Of a stretch of DNA of 34,272 nucleotides, positions 1 to 10,386 are shown piece after piece (position 1 is the stretch's first letter; each line of letters starts with the position of its first letter). The stretch comes from Nemertoderma westbladi (lineage: Eukaryota; Animalia; Xenacoelomorpha): contig JAUCBJ010000830.1 in NCBI GenBank assembly GCA_032718475.1, forward strand, positions 1-34,272, read 5' to 3'. The notes under the pieces are model-generated. The model was given only the letters and a program-made list of their open reading frames with translations. It had not been told where the DNA came from and did no database searches. The position numbers and the translations under genes were made by a program.

Positions 1-14
1 CAAAAATGTGCAAG

Positions 15-794
15 TTATTGAGTCTGCAATATGCACAATAAATTTCCATCGCCTGTTGTTCGTGGAAATAGGAACAGCGGACGTTTGTGTCCTTCAGTTT
101 GTTGGTTGGGTCTAGGGCATTCGTCACAATAACACCAAAGACGTACGTCCTGTAGAGGAAACGCGGGTGATCGTTCTCCAGTTTTGCAATATTCTTCCAT
201 TTGTTCAAAACTATCTGGGATAACAGGTAGTGGACGATCGGCGGTAAGATACATCATAGTGAAATAGAGCCGTTTGAGTTCTACCATGGGGTCATGATGT
301 ATACCTTGAGGATATCGAGTCTCGAGGTTCTGCTGACTGGCGATGTTGAGATAGGTTTCTCTCAAAAATTCCAGGTAGTCGTTGAAGTTGATACGTTTAT
401 CCGGTTCTTCAACGTTTTCTCTTTCCAGTCTGTTACGAATAGAATTTTCGTGTTCTATTCTCGGTTTATCGTTACGACTCCGCTGGGTATGATATTTAAA
501 TAGAACCATTTCCCTTTCGGTGTCTACATCGTCCGTATCATGTAAATCGATAGGATGGCCACTAGTTGAGAAGTCCATATACGTACCATTACGATTCGTA
601 TAGCGAGCGGTGAATTTTCGATAGTCCAATTCACGCGTAAGTTGCTCTTGGGACATCGGCGGTTCGATATAACGACCATCGTCCTCCGTAATGGTTGGAT
701 CGGCTTCACCGCGTATTAAGCTATCCACAAATGCTTGTAAAGGTAGAGTATATCGCTCCCTAATACCAAGATCATCTTCTATCAACTCCGTCAT
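15..794 (-). CDS. Orphan 259-aa ORF, co-oriented with and downstream of the BEL/Pao Gag-PR ORF; candidate accessory ORF of the retroelement
   Basis: Uninterrupted ATG-to-TAA ORF with globular-protein-like composition and a C-terminal WCYCDEC..H Cys cluster. No family recognised. Confidence 0.5.
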   Translation of the reverse strand: MTELIEDDLGIRERYTLPLQAFVDSLIRGEADPTITEDDGRYIEPPMSQEQLTRELDYRKFTARYTNRNGTYMDFSTSGHPIDLHDTDDVDTEREMVLFKYHTQRSRNDKPRIEHENSIRNRLERENVEEPDKRINFNDYLEFLRETYLNIASQQNLETRYPQGIHHDPMVELKRLYFTMMYLTADRPLPVIPDSFEQMEEYCKTGERSPAFPLQDVRLWCYCDECPRPNQQTEGHKRPLFLFPRTTGDGNLLCILQTQ

Positions 795-836
795 ATCTGC
801 TATCTGAGTTTATTAATATTATAATGAGTTTATGTT

Positions 837-1883
837 TAGGCGAGCAGGCGTCGCTGCCTACCTCTCTTTGCCCCCGGACAGTGGGATTCTCAGCGCCGAT
901 GTACCGTCGTCGCGGTGTTTACGCCAACATGTAGCAACAGCACGACAACGATAACCGGCACAAGTCACTCCACTGTCCGTCCCAAAGGCTTGAATCCACT
1001 TTAGGTTCTTTCTATAGGAGAGTTGGGCTACTTTCACAATTGCGACTAGCTACTGTAAACATACTTTAGCAGTAACATTCACCTATAAACGCACAAATTC
1101 CACACAACTGTCACCAATTGTACACATACAGGCCATTTGTCCGTTAGTCAGTGCCTTCCAGAATGTCACGTTATTATTGTGTATCCTTGGATACTAACAG
1201 TGTGCTATGCATTCTCTACGCTAGGCAATGGGACAAGCTTTCTATTGTTCTTTTAACTTGCTTCTAATTCTAGCGTGGGTGTTGCTATGGTGACATTATG
1301 GAAAGCTAGCGGTAGAATTAGGGTAATTCTCATGCATACAGATCTGGAATGCTATTTAATAGTAGTTCTTTAATTGTCAATATCCTCTTTATACATGATT
1401 TTATTAATTTTATCGGCTATTGACTATATGTCGGAGATTCTCGCACTCTAATACACTCAATAGGATGAATCTCCGCTCCCATGATCTATTAATTAATGGA
1501 ATTTTGGGAATGTTATAAATTGCACAAAATGACAATTTATGAAATTCATTTAAGATATGAATTTAAATTTATTCCCATGAATTTTATTATTTGATGGTAA
1601 AATTGACACAATTTTATTCCAGAGCATGTCTGGGGACCTAGGATCTTTAATTCTATAAAATTGTCTTTTAAGAGTATCGGTAAGTGCTGCGATATCTTAA
1701 TTGACTAGAAATTTTAAAGGATCTGAATTTTACAGATTTTAATAAATATTAAATTAGTATTTAAGATGGGCACCGATTTATTCCAGAACTTGTCTGGGGA
1801 CGTTAACCACTGATTCTAGAATTTGTCTTTCAAATATATCGGTGGGTCCCGCGATATCTTAATCGACTAGAATTACAGATGGT
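837..1883 (-). other. Structured intergenic region (multiple stem-loops) between Gag-PR and the 259-aa ORF
   Basis: Inverted pairs at 875-884/970-979 (perfect 10 bp), 905-919/936-950, 1156-1169/1290-1303, 1432-1440/1467-1475; a three-stem junction at 1505-1577; duplicated hairpins at 1642-1723 and 1806-1883. Confidence 0.55.
1611..1874. repeat. Diverged ~100-bp direct duplication (1611-1712 / 1776-1874)
   Basis: TTTATTCCAGA..TGTCTGGGGAC..TTCTA..TTGTCTTT..TATCGGT..GCGATATCTTAAT.GACTAGAA is present twice. Confidence 0.85.
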
Positions 1884-2415
1884 CAAAAGTTTTAACAGAT
1901 TTATTTGCGTTTTACGCTACTGTTAGAGGGACATCACGCTACTATATGTATTATTTAATATAAGGTAGAAGAGCAATATCGCACGAAGCAATGTCAGTGT
2001 GAAGAGGCAAGTCGTTTCCAAGGTCTACCCAGAGCTTGGTTTAGCCGAGACACGAGGATCTGAACTTTGCATTCCTAATACTCTGCCTACCAATAATACT
2101 TAAATATAGTAGGAGCTTTATTGTACTTTAATAAGTACTGACATGTCATCTTACTATAGTCTCGTATTTATAATATAATACGGACAGTAAGGAAAAAGAA
2201 AGAATTATTTCTCGCCGTCACACTAAATATATATTATGTGTAATTACGTAATAAACACTAATATATTGCACTAACCTACTAAATAATCTAAAATAACATT
2301 CTACTAAATAAAATTAAATAAAACGATTATAATAAAATTACATAATAATACATACATAAATATAAAATAAAAACAAATATAAAATGATATAGTCACACGC
2401 CCACTCCATATGTTA

Positions 2416-5400
2416 TTACGTTATGGAGTCCCTAGATATTTGTCGGATTAGGGAAGTGGTCGTAGGAAGAGTATCTTGCCTTCCATAGTTTCCGGACAGT
2501 TTTCGGTCTCTTTCCAGTAAACATAAACGACCAGCTGGGCGATTGAGTTGTTGTGTTACTTTCTCTGCTCCCTTGGCCTGTCTAATCTCCACCGTGGTAA
2601 GATGAGGAGGCCATTCTTCTTCTTCTTTACTTAAGAAGTCGGATCCACCTAACCAGCCTGGAGTATCTATCAGTTCTTGAGGAGTTGCTCCTCTGGAAGC
2701 GATGTCGGCTGGATTAATCGTCCCAAGGCAATGTCTCCATTGATCTACATTGGAGTTAATATCGTCATTATCTGAGGAGTATGGTGTTCCCTCAGTTAGT
2801 TCGTCCACCTCACTGCTCTCCACTTCCCATTCCTTTACTTGGTATACCTGTTGTTGAGGTAATCTCTCTTTGAGAGTTCTACGGGAAGGGCCAGTGAAGT
2901 ACCAACCTACTCTAGTTCTTACCGCATAGGTTTGTAGTGGCTGTGGTTGAGCAGGCCGTTTCTCCAATGTCTCTAGCGCCTCATGCGCGTTTTGGCCGAT
3001 GAGTATTTGCACTCCAGGATAATCTGTCTGGAATCGAGGTATTTTAAGCTGTTGGATGCTCTCGTCCTCGTCCCAGTTATAAGGTTCTACTTGGGTAGTA
3101 GCGAAGTTCTTTATAGCTACCATTTTTACCGACCTTATACTTTGTGCTCCTAATTTATCCTGGGGGGTGGACAACGCACCTACATAGTAATCTGCCGTTA
3201 GGGTAGATTTCCAAACCTGCATAATTCCGGACATATTCAACTTAGTTCGGAATTTGGGTTGTCCAGTGAAGATATCTTCGGCTAGTTCTTGATCGATGAA
3301 TGTTCCTGTGCTGCCGGAGTCAAGGAGGGCGTTCACTATGTAACTTTTGTTAGGACCATGAACTCTTACCTGCACTACAGGAAATTCTCTGATTCCTACG
3401 TTGGAAGTTGGAGCTTTCCAAGATGGTTGTCTGTCAAAAGTAGTTGGGGGGAACTCATTGTCGGTGTCCTTTTCGTAAGTAAGTGCTCGATACACTGCGG
3501 TATTTATTAGGTAACAGGATTCGTTGGCGTCGGAAAATTCGTCAGTATAGTATCCTTCCATCTCAGACTTTTGATCAGTGTCATTTACATCACTGAATTG
3601 GACATGTAGTTCGGGCTCACTTACCTGACTCGGGTTGTTTCGTTCGAATTCACTGTGTAACAAGATGTGATGTTTTGCACCGCACTTTGCACACCTTACG
3701 TCGGAGTAACAGGTTCGCCGTTGGTGTCCTTGTCTGAGGCACTTATAGCATAACCGCTTATCCCACATGACTTCACGTCTGTCTACCAGGGATTTCTTTA
3801 GTAATTCAGCACACACACTCAAACGGTGGGGCCCTTCGCACAGCGCACATTTTGGTTTGATGTTACTCACTTTACCTTGGGTAACGTTATGCACTCTCGT
3901 TCTCTCTTCGGGCTTTCTTCTGTGAATTCTCTTATGAGACGTAGGAGGAGTTGTTGTTACCTGTTCTCTCCTGTCATTGGTTCGAGCCTTATATTTACTT
4001 ACGTCCTTTGAGGTTTTGTTATCATAGTAAAATCTGTCAGTGTCTTTCCTGCTGTCCTCTTCTTGAGAAGCTTGGCTTTCGCCGTTGTCAGTATAACACA
4101 CTGGTGTTACCCTTCTCCTAGAAACGGGTTTCTCACTTACCTTATTTTCCGATGTTTTCTCTCTGGACTGCTTTATGAGTTGTAATTTTACTTCACTATC
4201 TAAGAAGGACATGAGATCAGCCATGGTAGGGTCTCGTTGTTGTTGTTCCATCATATATAACACTTTCTTGTCCCAGCGTGTACCTACTCCACCCTTTGGT
4301 AAAGTAGATGCTAAGGCTCCTACAACCATAGAGTTCTGGTATTCATGAGACTTACCTAACCAATCTAGCTGTCTACAGATCTCCTGAATCTCATCGGAAA
4401 ATTCTATAATCCCGCTGCTAAGAAACTTTCGGGGCGCCATTAATTTCGCATATAAATACCTAGCTATGTTAGTCCTATTACCATACCTGATGTTTAGAGT
4501 ATCCCAAACTTGTCTTAATCCATCTGGATGTCCAATAAATTTTAACGCCATTAACTTGGGAGGTCCTTCCAAGCATTCAATGAGGTATCTGAGTTTCTCT
4601 CCGTTAGATAGCACAGAATTCTGTATGTTATCTTTGTAATATTCATTAAAAGGTAACCATTTCATCTCATCTCCATTGAACTTGACGATCTCTCCAACCT
4701 TTACCGCTTGACGGGCTTCGGTTCTAGCCATTTGACGCGTAAAACTTTCTTGAGCCATCGTATTATTGAATATAGAATTATCGGTATATAAATTTCTCGG
4801 ATTATGATCAGGTCTATATGGAATATTATTATCAACAGGTTTATAATTACCCTGAATAGGGTTTACTATAGGAGTTTCTACTTCACTAGCAGTATAGATG
4901 CGTGTAGGCTCCACACCTTGCGCATGAAATACTTCAGACCTAATGGGTTGACACATTGTTACAGGGGGTGGTGTTATACCCCTTTGTATGTTCACTAATT
5001 TATCGCGTTCTAACGCGATACTTTGCTGCACCTTTTGCAACTCTAACCTACTTTCCCTTACTGTTCCCTTGAGCTGCTGAACAGTCTCTTCCATTTCCCG
5101 GACCTGCTGAGAGGAGCACAAACAGTGTTCCCTCAGCTGCTCGAGCAGGAGACCGATCTCCCGTCGTCCCTCAGCTACCCACTCAACCGCCGAAGCGGGA
5201 GTCGCCAACGTAGTAGCGGGCGAGCGAGAGACGACGGGCGATAAATTCTTGATATCTCGCTCGGCGTCCAGGACGGGTTCGGACTCGGGAACAGTCCTAC
5301 TGGGCACAGGTAGTTTAGTACTGTACAAAGGGAATTTATAGGCAGGTTCTGGGAGTACAGGTGTCTCTATCTTTCTTTCTACTTCTACTGTTGCCATTGC

Positions 5401-5613
5401 CTCTGCCGCCTTTCTTTCCGCTTCTGCTGTTGCCATTGCCTCTGCCGCCTTTCTTTCCGCTTCTACTGTTGCCATTGCCTCTGCCGCCTTTCTTTCCACT
5501 TCTGCTGTTGCCATTGCCTCTGCCACCTTCCTTTCAAGACACTGTCCAAGTCTAAGACTCATTCTAACACCTTCCAAAAGACTATCTGACAGTGCCCGTT
5601 TTGTGTCAGACAT
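2416..5613 (-). CDS. BEL/Pao LTR-retrotransposon Gag-protease polyprotein with RT, most of RNase H and integrase missing
   Basis: DUF1759-like Gag (KFNGDEMKWLPF..LSNGEKLRYL), triple Cys/His knuckle (CALCEGPH, CYKCLRQGH, CAKCGAKHHILLH), aspartic protease ALLDSGS (3313-3321), the BEL motif AVRTRVGWYFTGP, then directly the RNase H C-terminal motif QWRH..NPADIASRG..WLGGSDFL..EEWP. Confidence 0.92.
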   Translation of the reverse strand: MSDTKRALSDSLLEGVRMSLRLGQCLERKVAEAMATAEVERKAAEAMATVEAERKAAEAMATAEAERKAAEAMATVEVERKIETPVLPEPAYKFPLYSTKLPVPSRTVPESEPVLDAERDIKNLSPVVSRSPATTLATPASAVEWVAEGRREIGLLLEQLREHCLCSSQQVREMEETVQQLKGTVRESRLELQKVQQSIALERDKLVNIQRGITPPPVTMCQPIRSEVFHAQGVEPTRIYTASEVETPIVNPIQGNYKPVDNNIPYRPDHNPRNLYTDNSIFNNTMAQESFTRQMARTEARQAVKVGEIVKFNGDEMKWLPFNEYYKDNIQNSVLSNGEKLRYLIECLEGPPKLMALKFIGHPDGLRQVWDTLNIRYGNRTNIARYLYAKLMAPRKFLSSGIIEFSDEIQEICRQLDWLGKSHEYQNSMVVGALASTLPKGGVGTRWDKKVLYMMEQQQRDPTMADLMSFLDSEVKLQLIKQSREKTSENKVSEKPVSRRRVTPVCYTDNGESQASQEEDSRKDTDRFYYDNKTSKDVSKYKARTNDRREQVTTTPPTSHKRIHRRKPEERTRVHNVTQGKVSNIKPKCALCEGPHRLSVCAELLKKSLVDRREVMWDKRLCYKCLRQGHQRRTCYSDVRCAKCGAKHHILLHSEFERNNPSQVSEPELHVQFSDVNDTDQKSEMEGYYTDEFSDANESCYLINTAVYRALTYEKDTDNEFPPTTFDRQPSWKAPTSNVGIREFPVVQVRVHGPNKSYIVNALLDSGSTGTFIDQELAEDIFTGQPKFRTKLNMSGIMQVWKSTLTADYYVGALSTPQDKLGAQSIRSVKMVAIKNFATTQVEPYNWDEDESIQQLKIPRFQTDYPGVQILIGQNAHEALETLEKRPAQPQPLQTYAVRTRVGWYFTGPSRRTLKERLPQQQVYQVKEWEVESSEVDELTEGTPYSSDNDDINSNVDQWRHCLGTINPADIASRGATPQELIDTPGWLGGSDFLSKEEEEWPPHLTTVEIRQAKGAEKVTQQLNRPAGRLCLLERDRKLSGNYGRQDTLPTTTSLIRQISRDSIT
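5371..5536 (-). repeat. In-frame 39-bp tandem repeat (about 4 x AEAMATAEAERKA) in the Gag N-terminus
   Basis: Unit TGTTGCCATTGCCTCTGCCGCCTTTCTTTCCGCTTCT.. repeated; visible in the translation. Confidence 0.95.
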
Positions 5614-5744
5614 TTTTGTTTGTACAGTTGAATGCCTACTGCTATATTACAGTTAAAGCAAGTCTAGTAATTCAGTATCACTGCAAGCCTAGCGATTAAT
5701 TACCGATACCGTTACTCGGTGTAACGTGATATATATACAATATA

Positions 5745-6002
5745 TTAGAATACCGGTATACACTTATAGTATATATATAAGTACAATGCCAGACTAGGTT
5801 TAGTTACAGAATACCGGTATATAACTTCAGCACAAATATATATAAATATATAATAGGCCTATCGTGAATACCGGTATACAGCTGACACTTATAGTATATA
5901 TAAGTATAATTATTACAGACTAGAATTAATTACAGAATACCGGTATGATTTCAGCCTAAATTTATAGAATAAATATAATAAGCCTATTGTAAATACCGAT
6001 AT
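5745..6002. repeat. Diverged ~60/120-bp tandem repeat in the Gag 5' leader
   Basis: AATACCGGTAT recurs at about 5749, 5810, 5867 and 5936 (AATACCGATAT near 5992), with alternating CACTTATAGTATATATA and TTCAGC subunits. Confidence 0.8.
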
Positions 6003-6984
6003 GTCAATTATTTTAAAATAATTGAATTTCTGAATGTTAGGGGTTACTTAGTTACTTTACTTACTTTATTACCGTTATTTGAGCAGCAGTCCAACTGATA
6101 TTAAGACCTAAGTGTTGTATAACAGGCCTACTATTTTATTAATAGATTTAGTGGATTTATATGTACCCGTATGAGGGGTTTTGTTACAATATTGAAATAG
6201 GTGTTACTATTTCTGGGAAATAATCACTACACAGAAGCTGTGCGCTCTCAGTGAAGTGCTACTTATTGGACACTAAAACAGATAATTCTACTTCCTAAGT
6301 TACTTATCTACGAATTACTTACGATACGGGTGAGATTAATTCTCTAAATAAACACAACAAAAATATTATATACGAAATTTTAGGGTAATTTTACAGGGGA
6401 ACTACAAACCAGTCTAACAAAGGGTTAGAACTTCTGGTTATTACAACAGACAGGATAATACGGTATTTGAAAATAATAAGTAGTAATAAATATATTGCGC
6501 TGTCCAGATAGGAAAATACCACCATCTGACGACCTATAGCCGTATCGCTATAGGTACTACGTTATGTATCATGGAGTGTTCCTACCTGGAAGTTAATTAC
6601 CGCGGACTACCAGATCCAACGTGCCTATTAACCACTTTACAACACAATACACTGCCTACACACTAATTACTCTCGGAAAGCACTGTACACCAAACCCTAA
6701 TTATGTACAAGTACTTATAAAACAGATAACTAGCAGTTAAATATACTTGAACAGTTAAAAGAACCACGGCATCTGCTGGAGTGACCAGAGCACAAAGTCA
6801 CCAGTCTTTACCTACGCCAAGCAGCCCGTGTAGTACCGGGGTTAATTTAACTATAACGGTATGTGTAACAAGCACAATTACTGTAGGAATAAACTTGGTG
6901 ACATGAATGTTGCGAATAATCGCATAAACTCTGAATAATAAATATTACGCTACCCGTACAGAATACTCAAACAAAATACAAACC

Positions 6985-7512
6985 AAACGCTGGCAGACTA
7001 CCATCAAGCCTAAATAAACTACAATATGTGCAGATTCCGAAATGGTTAGTTAGTATGCGTTCTAACACGGTAGTACGACTTATTCTTTAGGAGGGGATTG
7101 ACCTTACAGCTCTGGCTGCCCCAACTTACTAACTGGCACTTTATCAGACAAACTCTACACACGCAGCAATCTCTTCAGACCTAATAATAGCTAGACAACA
7201 ATCCAGCCTACAAAATATCTGAGTAATAACTATTACGGTACCTGAACAGACCACACAAACAAACACTGGCCAAAACGCTGGCAGACTACCGTCAAGCCTA
7301 AATAAACTACAGTATATGCAGATTCCAAAATGGTTAGTTAGTATGCGTTCTAACACGGTAGTACGACTTATTCTTTAGGAGGGGATTGACCTTACAGCTC
7401 TGGCTGCCCCAACTTACTAATTGGCACTTTATCGGACATACACTCTACATGCACTGCAATCCGTTCAGACCTAACAACAGTCAGAACAACAGTCCAGCCT
7501 ACAAATTATCTG
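6985..7512. repeat. ~240-bp direct duplication, period 288 bp
   Basis: AAACGCTGGCAGACTACC...CCAGCCTACAAA.TATCTG at 6985-7221 and 7273-7512, near-identical over the first ~160 bp. Confidence 0.92.
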
Positions 7513-7687
7513 TACAATCTGAGCAGGGTTACACGCCTTCTGCTCAATATTAACTTACACGTAAATAAAACTGACAGAAATAAGTAAACTATACAAAAGA
7601 ATGAGGGGTGATCAGTCCCTATTCCCCTGGCAGCCTACAATATACAATATATCACAATCGAAATAATACTAATGTACTTGCACTGGA

Positions 7688-7927
7688 AGTACCGGTTAGA
7701 ACAGTTGGGCCTACTGACCTACAGCAGTACCGATTCTGACAGTTGGGCCTACGGACCTACAGCAGTACCGATTCTGGCAGTTGGGCCTACGGACCTACAG
7801 CAGTACCGGTTCAAGCAGTTGGGCCTACGGACCTACAGCAGTACCGATTCAAGCAGTTGGGCCTACGGACCTACAGCAGTACCGGTTCTGGCAGTTGGGC
7901 CTACGGACCTACAGCAGTACCGGTTCA
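7688..7927. repeat. 38-bp minisatellite, about 6 copies
   Basis: AGTTGGGCCTACGGACCTACAGCAGTACCG(G/A)TTC.. at 7703, 7741, 7779, 7817, 7855 and 7893, with no unique spacers. Confidence 0.95.
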
Positions 7928-8949
7928 GGTTTACCGGTCGACCGGTACTTTCAACTTTATTGCTTACTGCAATAAAGAAGATAACTGTTATTGTACGCGC
8001 TTTTGAAGACCTTTAGCAGTTTAACCTGCTAAAATTTATATGTCTTTTGGTTTATAAAATAGACTTTTAGTAAATGACAAGTATTTAATACCAATAAACA
8101 CAACATTAGCCGAAGCCAGCCTAGTGCGCGTCCATTCACCCGCTGGATATACCCGGGAGACTGGATTCGGATGGGGCTTAGATTTTATTATTGCAGTGAA
8201 GCCTACTGTATTATTCGATTGATCGTTAATAAATAATTTCTGACTAATATTATTCACTTTCGGGAAATATTAACAGTTCCTTTAGGACGTGGCGCTCTAT
8301 CTAGTTAAACAGAGCTATGACTTATACTAAACACAACTATAAGGCTTATGATTCACGTATAAGGCGCATTCTTTAGGAAATGCTTTGTTATCAGCCACAA
8401 TCATGCACACTACCGGTAACGCACAATACGGCACAATAATCTGCCGACCGTCAATGAATTTTATCATATATAAAGAGAACAGCAATTGACTCATGTAGTG
8501 CCTATCAAATAGCATTAAACTCACTACAAACCACGATAATATAAGTCGCAATCGCTATATGTAACCTGTCTCTCTAACCTGTAGTGTATCAAGAAAATTG
8601 GGAAATTTGGGTTCTTTATAGATGTTCTCCAAATAATAATATTCAACCAACTGATACAAATAATAACAACAGTAAAAAGCATTAAGACGGTAGGTTAAGA
8701 TTATAACAATGTTTGACTGGACCGATAATAGTTATCCATTCTATAATCTAAGCCTACTAATGTTTCTTCTAAAGTCTGAAAACAATTGACTCCAGAGCCG
8801 GTGTTCTTGGCCTAGATAGAAACAACACAACCGTAACAAAAACTGTCTCTCTGACTCTAACACCGTTGCAGGTATCTTTTTTACACAGAGAGGAATAGCT
8901 CTCATTGGCAGAACACCAGATTCCACAGGTTCCACGAATATCTAAATGC

Positions 8950-9240
8950 CAAACTATCAGGATTTTTGCAGCCCTTGGCCAACACACAAAATGAGTCACT
9001 CCGCTCGGTTGCCCTGGTTGCATACTCTGCTGCTATAGCTCTGGTTGGCCGATAGAACATAGCAAAGAGCCCCTCGTATAACAAATCAGCCAATCAGCCG
9101 GGCGCTTTGCATCATTCGAGTTAGAGAGATTTTTAGAGTATTCCAGCGCCTGGGGGGGAACTGGATTGCAAAGCAAAAGGGCCAGTTACGTCCCACAAAA
9201 GCTTTTACAACCACAGTCTGCGTTACCAAGAAGGCGGATA
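8950..9240. promoter_or_regulatory. Possible bidirectional promoter between the minus-strand Gag leader and the plus-strand decayed ORF
   Basis: More GC-rich than the flanks; CCAAT box AGCCAATCAG at 9088-9097; AP-1-like TGAGTCA at 8992-8998; lies between divergent ORFs. Confidence 0.25.
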
Positions 9241-9271
9241 CCCTTTGACGAATCTGTACCACTCGTTTAAG

Positions 9272-10386
9272 ATGAGTGGACCGAACGGGGGCGAAATTGT
9301 CATTTATGAACCCAAATTAGTCGAACCAGACGTCTATAGTATGGTAGTGGACGAGTCTAATAAGTCAACACAAGAGAAACGGGAAGCTTTGAGCCTCTAC
9401 AGGGCGTACAAATCGTACGAGAAAGGCGAGATCGAGGAGTTCGGTGGAAGGCTCGCGAGCCTACCATTTTATTGGATATCCTACGATCAAACTGAACCTA
9501 AGTAGATGACACCCGAGCTCTTCGATAGTATCACCTTTGCTCAGCATTTGTCGCAGAGACTACAAAGTACCTCATGTCGAGATGACGCAATAACCTCTGC
9601 CCCATCCTACCAAAGCGGTAGTACCAGTCGCGAGAACAACCAGCTTTCCTATTAGTATACCAAACCCGAGAGGAGACGACTTATGAGATCCCCATAGTTG
9701 AACACCCGGAGATCATTTCGAACGTGGATTTCCTCCCATCGGTTACGTTTGGCGATGTGTTAGAGACGGCGGAGTTGCGTAGAACAATAGTTCATAAAAT
9801 TGTACGCAACGTGCCTCCACATATTACAGACTTTAAGGAAGAGGATCGTGCGGGGACGAATATCGCACCTTGCATCCTGCGAGGGTATTTAGCGAAAACG
9901 ATTCGATTATGGATCGGAGTCGGCATGTTCAAAACCGACACCAACACCGACATTGCGACCAATTGGACGGGGAACCCTATTAGTTTCGATGAAGAAAAGT
10001 CTATAGGGAGAATTTGGAACCCTACCGACGATTTACTTGATAAAACGGATAATTAAATCCATGGACCTGGCTTGTAGCATAGAAGCTATAGGATGTTGCC
10101 AAAGGCCGTGTGTGACGTGGTACTTGATAAGAGTCGCATCAAGATCAGATCCGATGTACGGGAAGACCTTATTAGTGATTTCGCAGGAATGCCCGAGGAG
10201 GAGGATCGATTGCCTATGCCTTACGTGGATACTAGACCATTGTTGCTTTGGGCTATCGAGCAAGGATATTTTATGGAGTATAACACGCTAAAAACTGGAA
10301 CAGGTTATATCTCATGTTTAGTTGGGATTATAAAGAGAGTAAGAGGAGCAAATACACAGATGTATACGGTGAGGGAGATACCCTGA
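9272..10386 (+). pseudogene. Decayed ~370-codon ORF of unknown protein
   Basis: Track ORFs 9724-10056 and 10093-10386 share one frame, split by a TAA and a TAG. That frame extends upstream through a TGA and a TAA, and one frameshift near 9550 links it to the 9272 ATG frame (with a TAG at 9503). A T-rich, 3'UTR-like tract follows at 10590-11000. Confidence 0.55.

Noticed and set aside
1505-1577. Three-way junction as a hammerhead ribozyme
   Set aside because: No CUGAnGA/GAAA core on either strand.
7688-7927. 38-bp array as a CRISPR array, or its three overlapping ORFs as genes
   Set aside because: Head-to-tail units without unique spacers, no cas genes and a eukaryotic context; the ORFs are by-products of a stop-free repeat.
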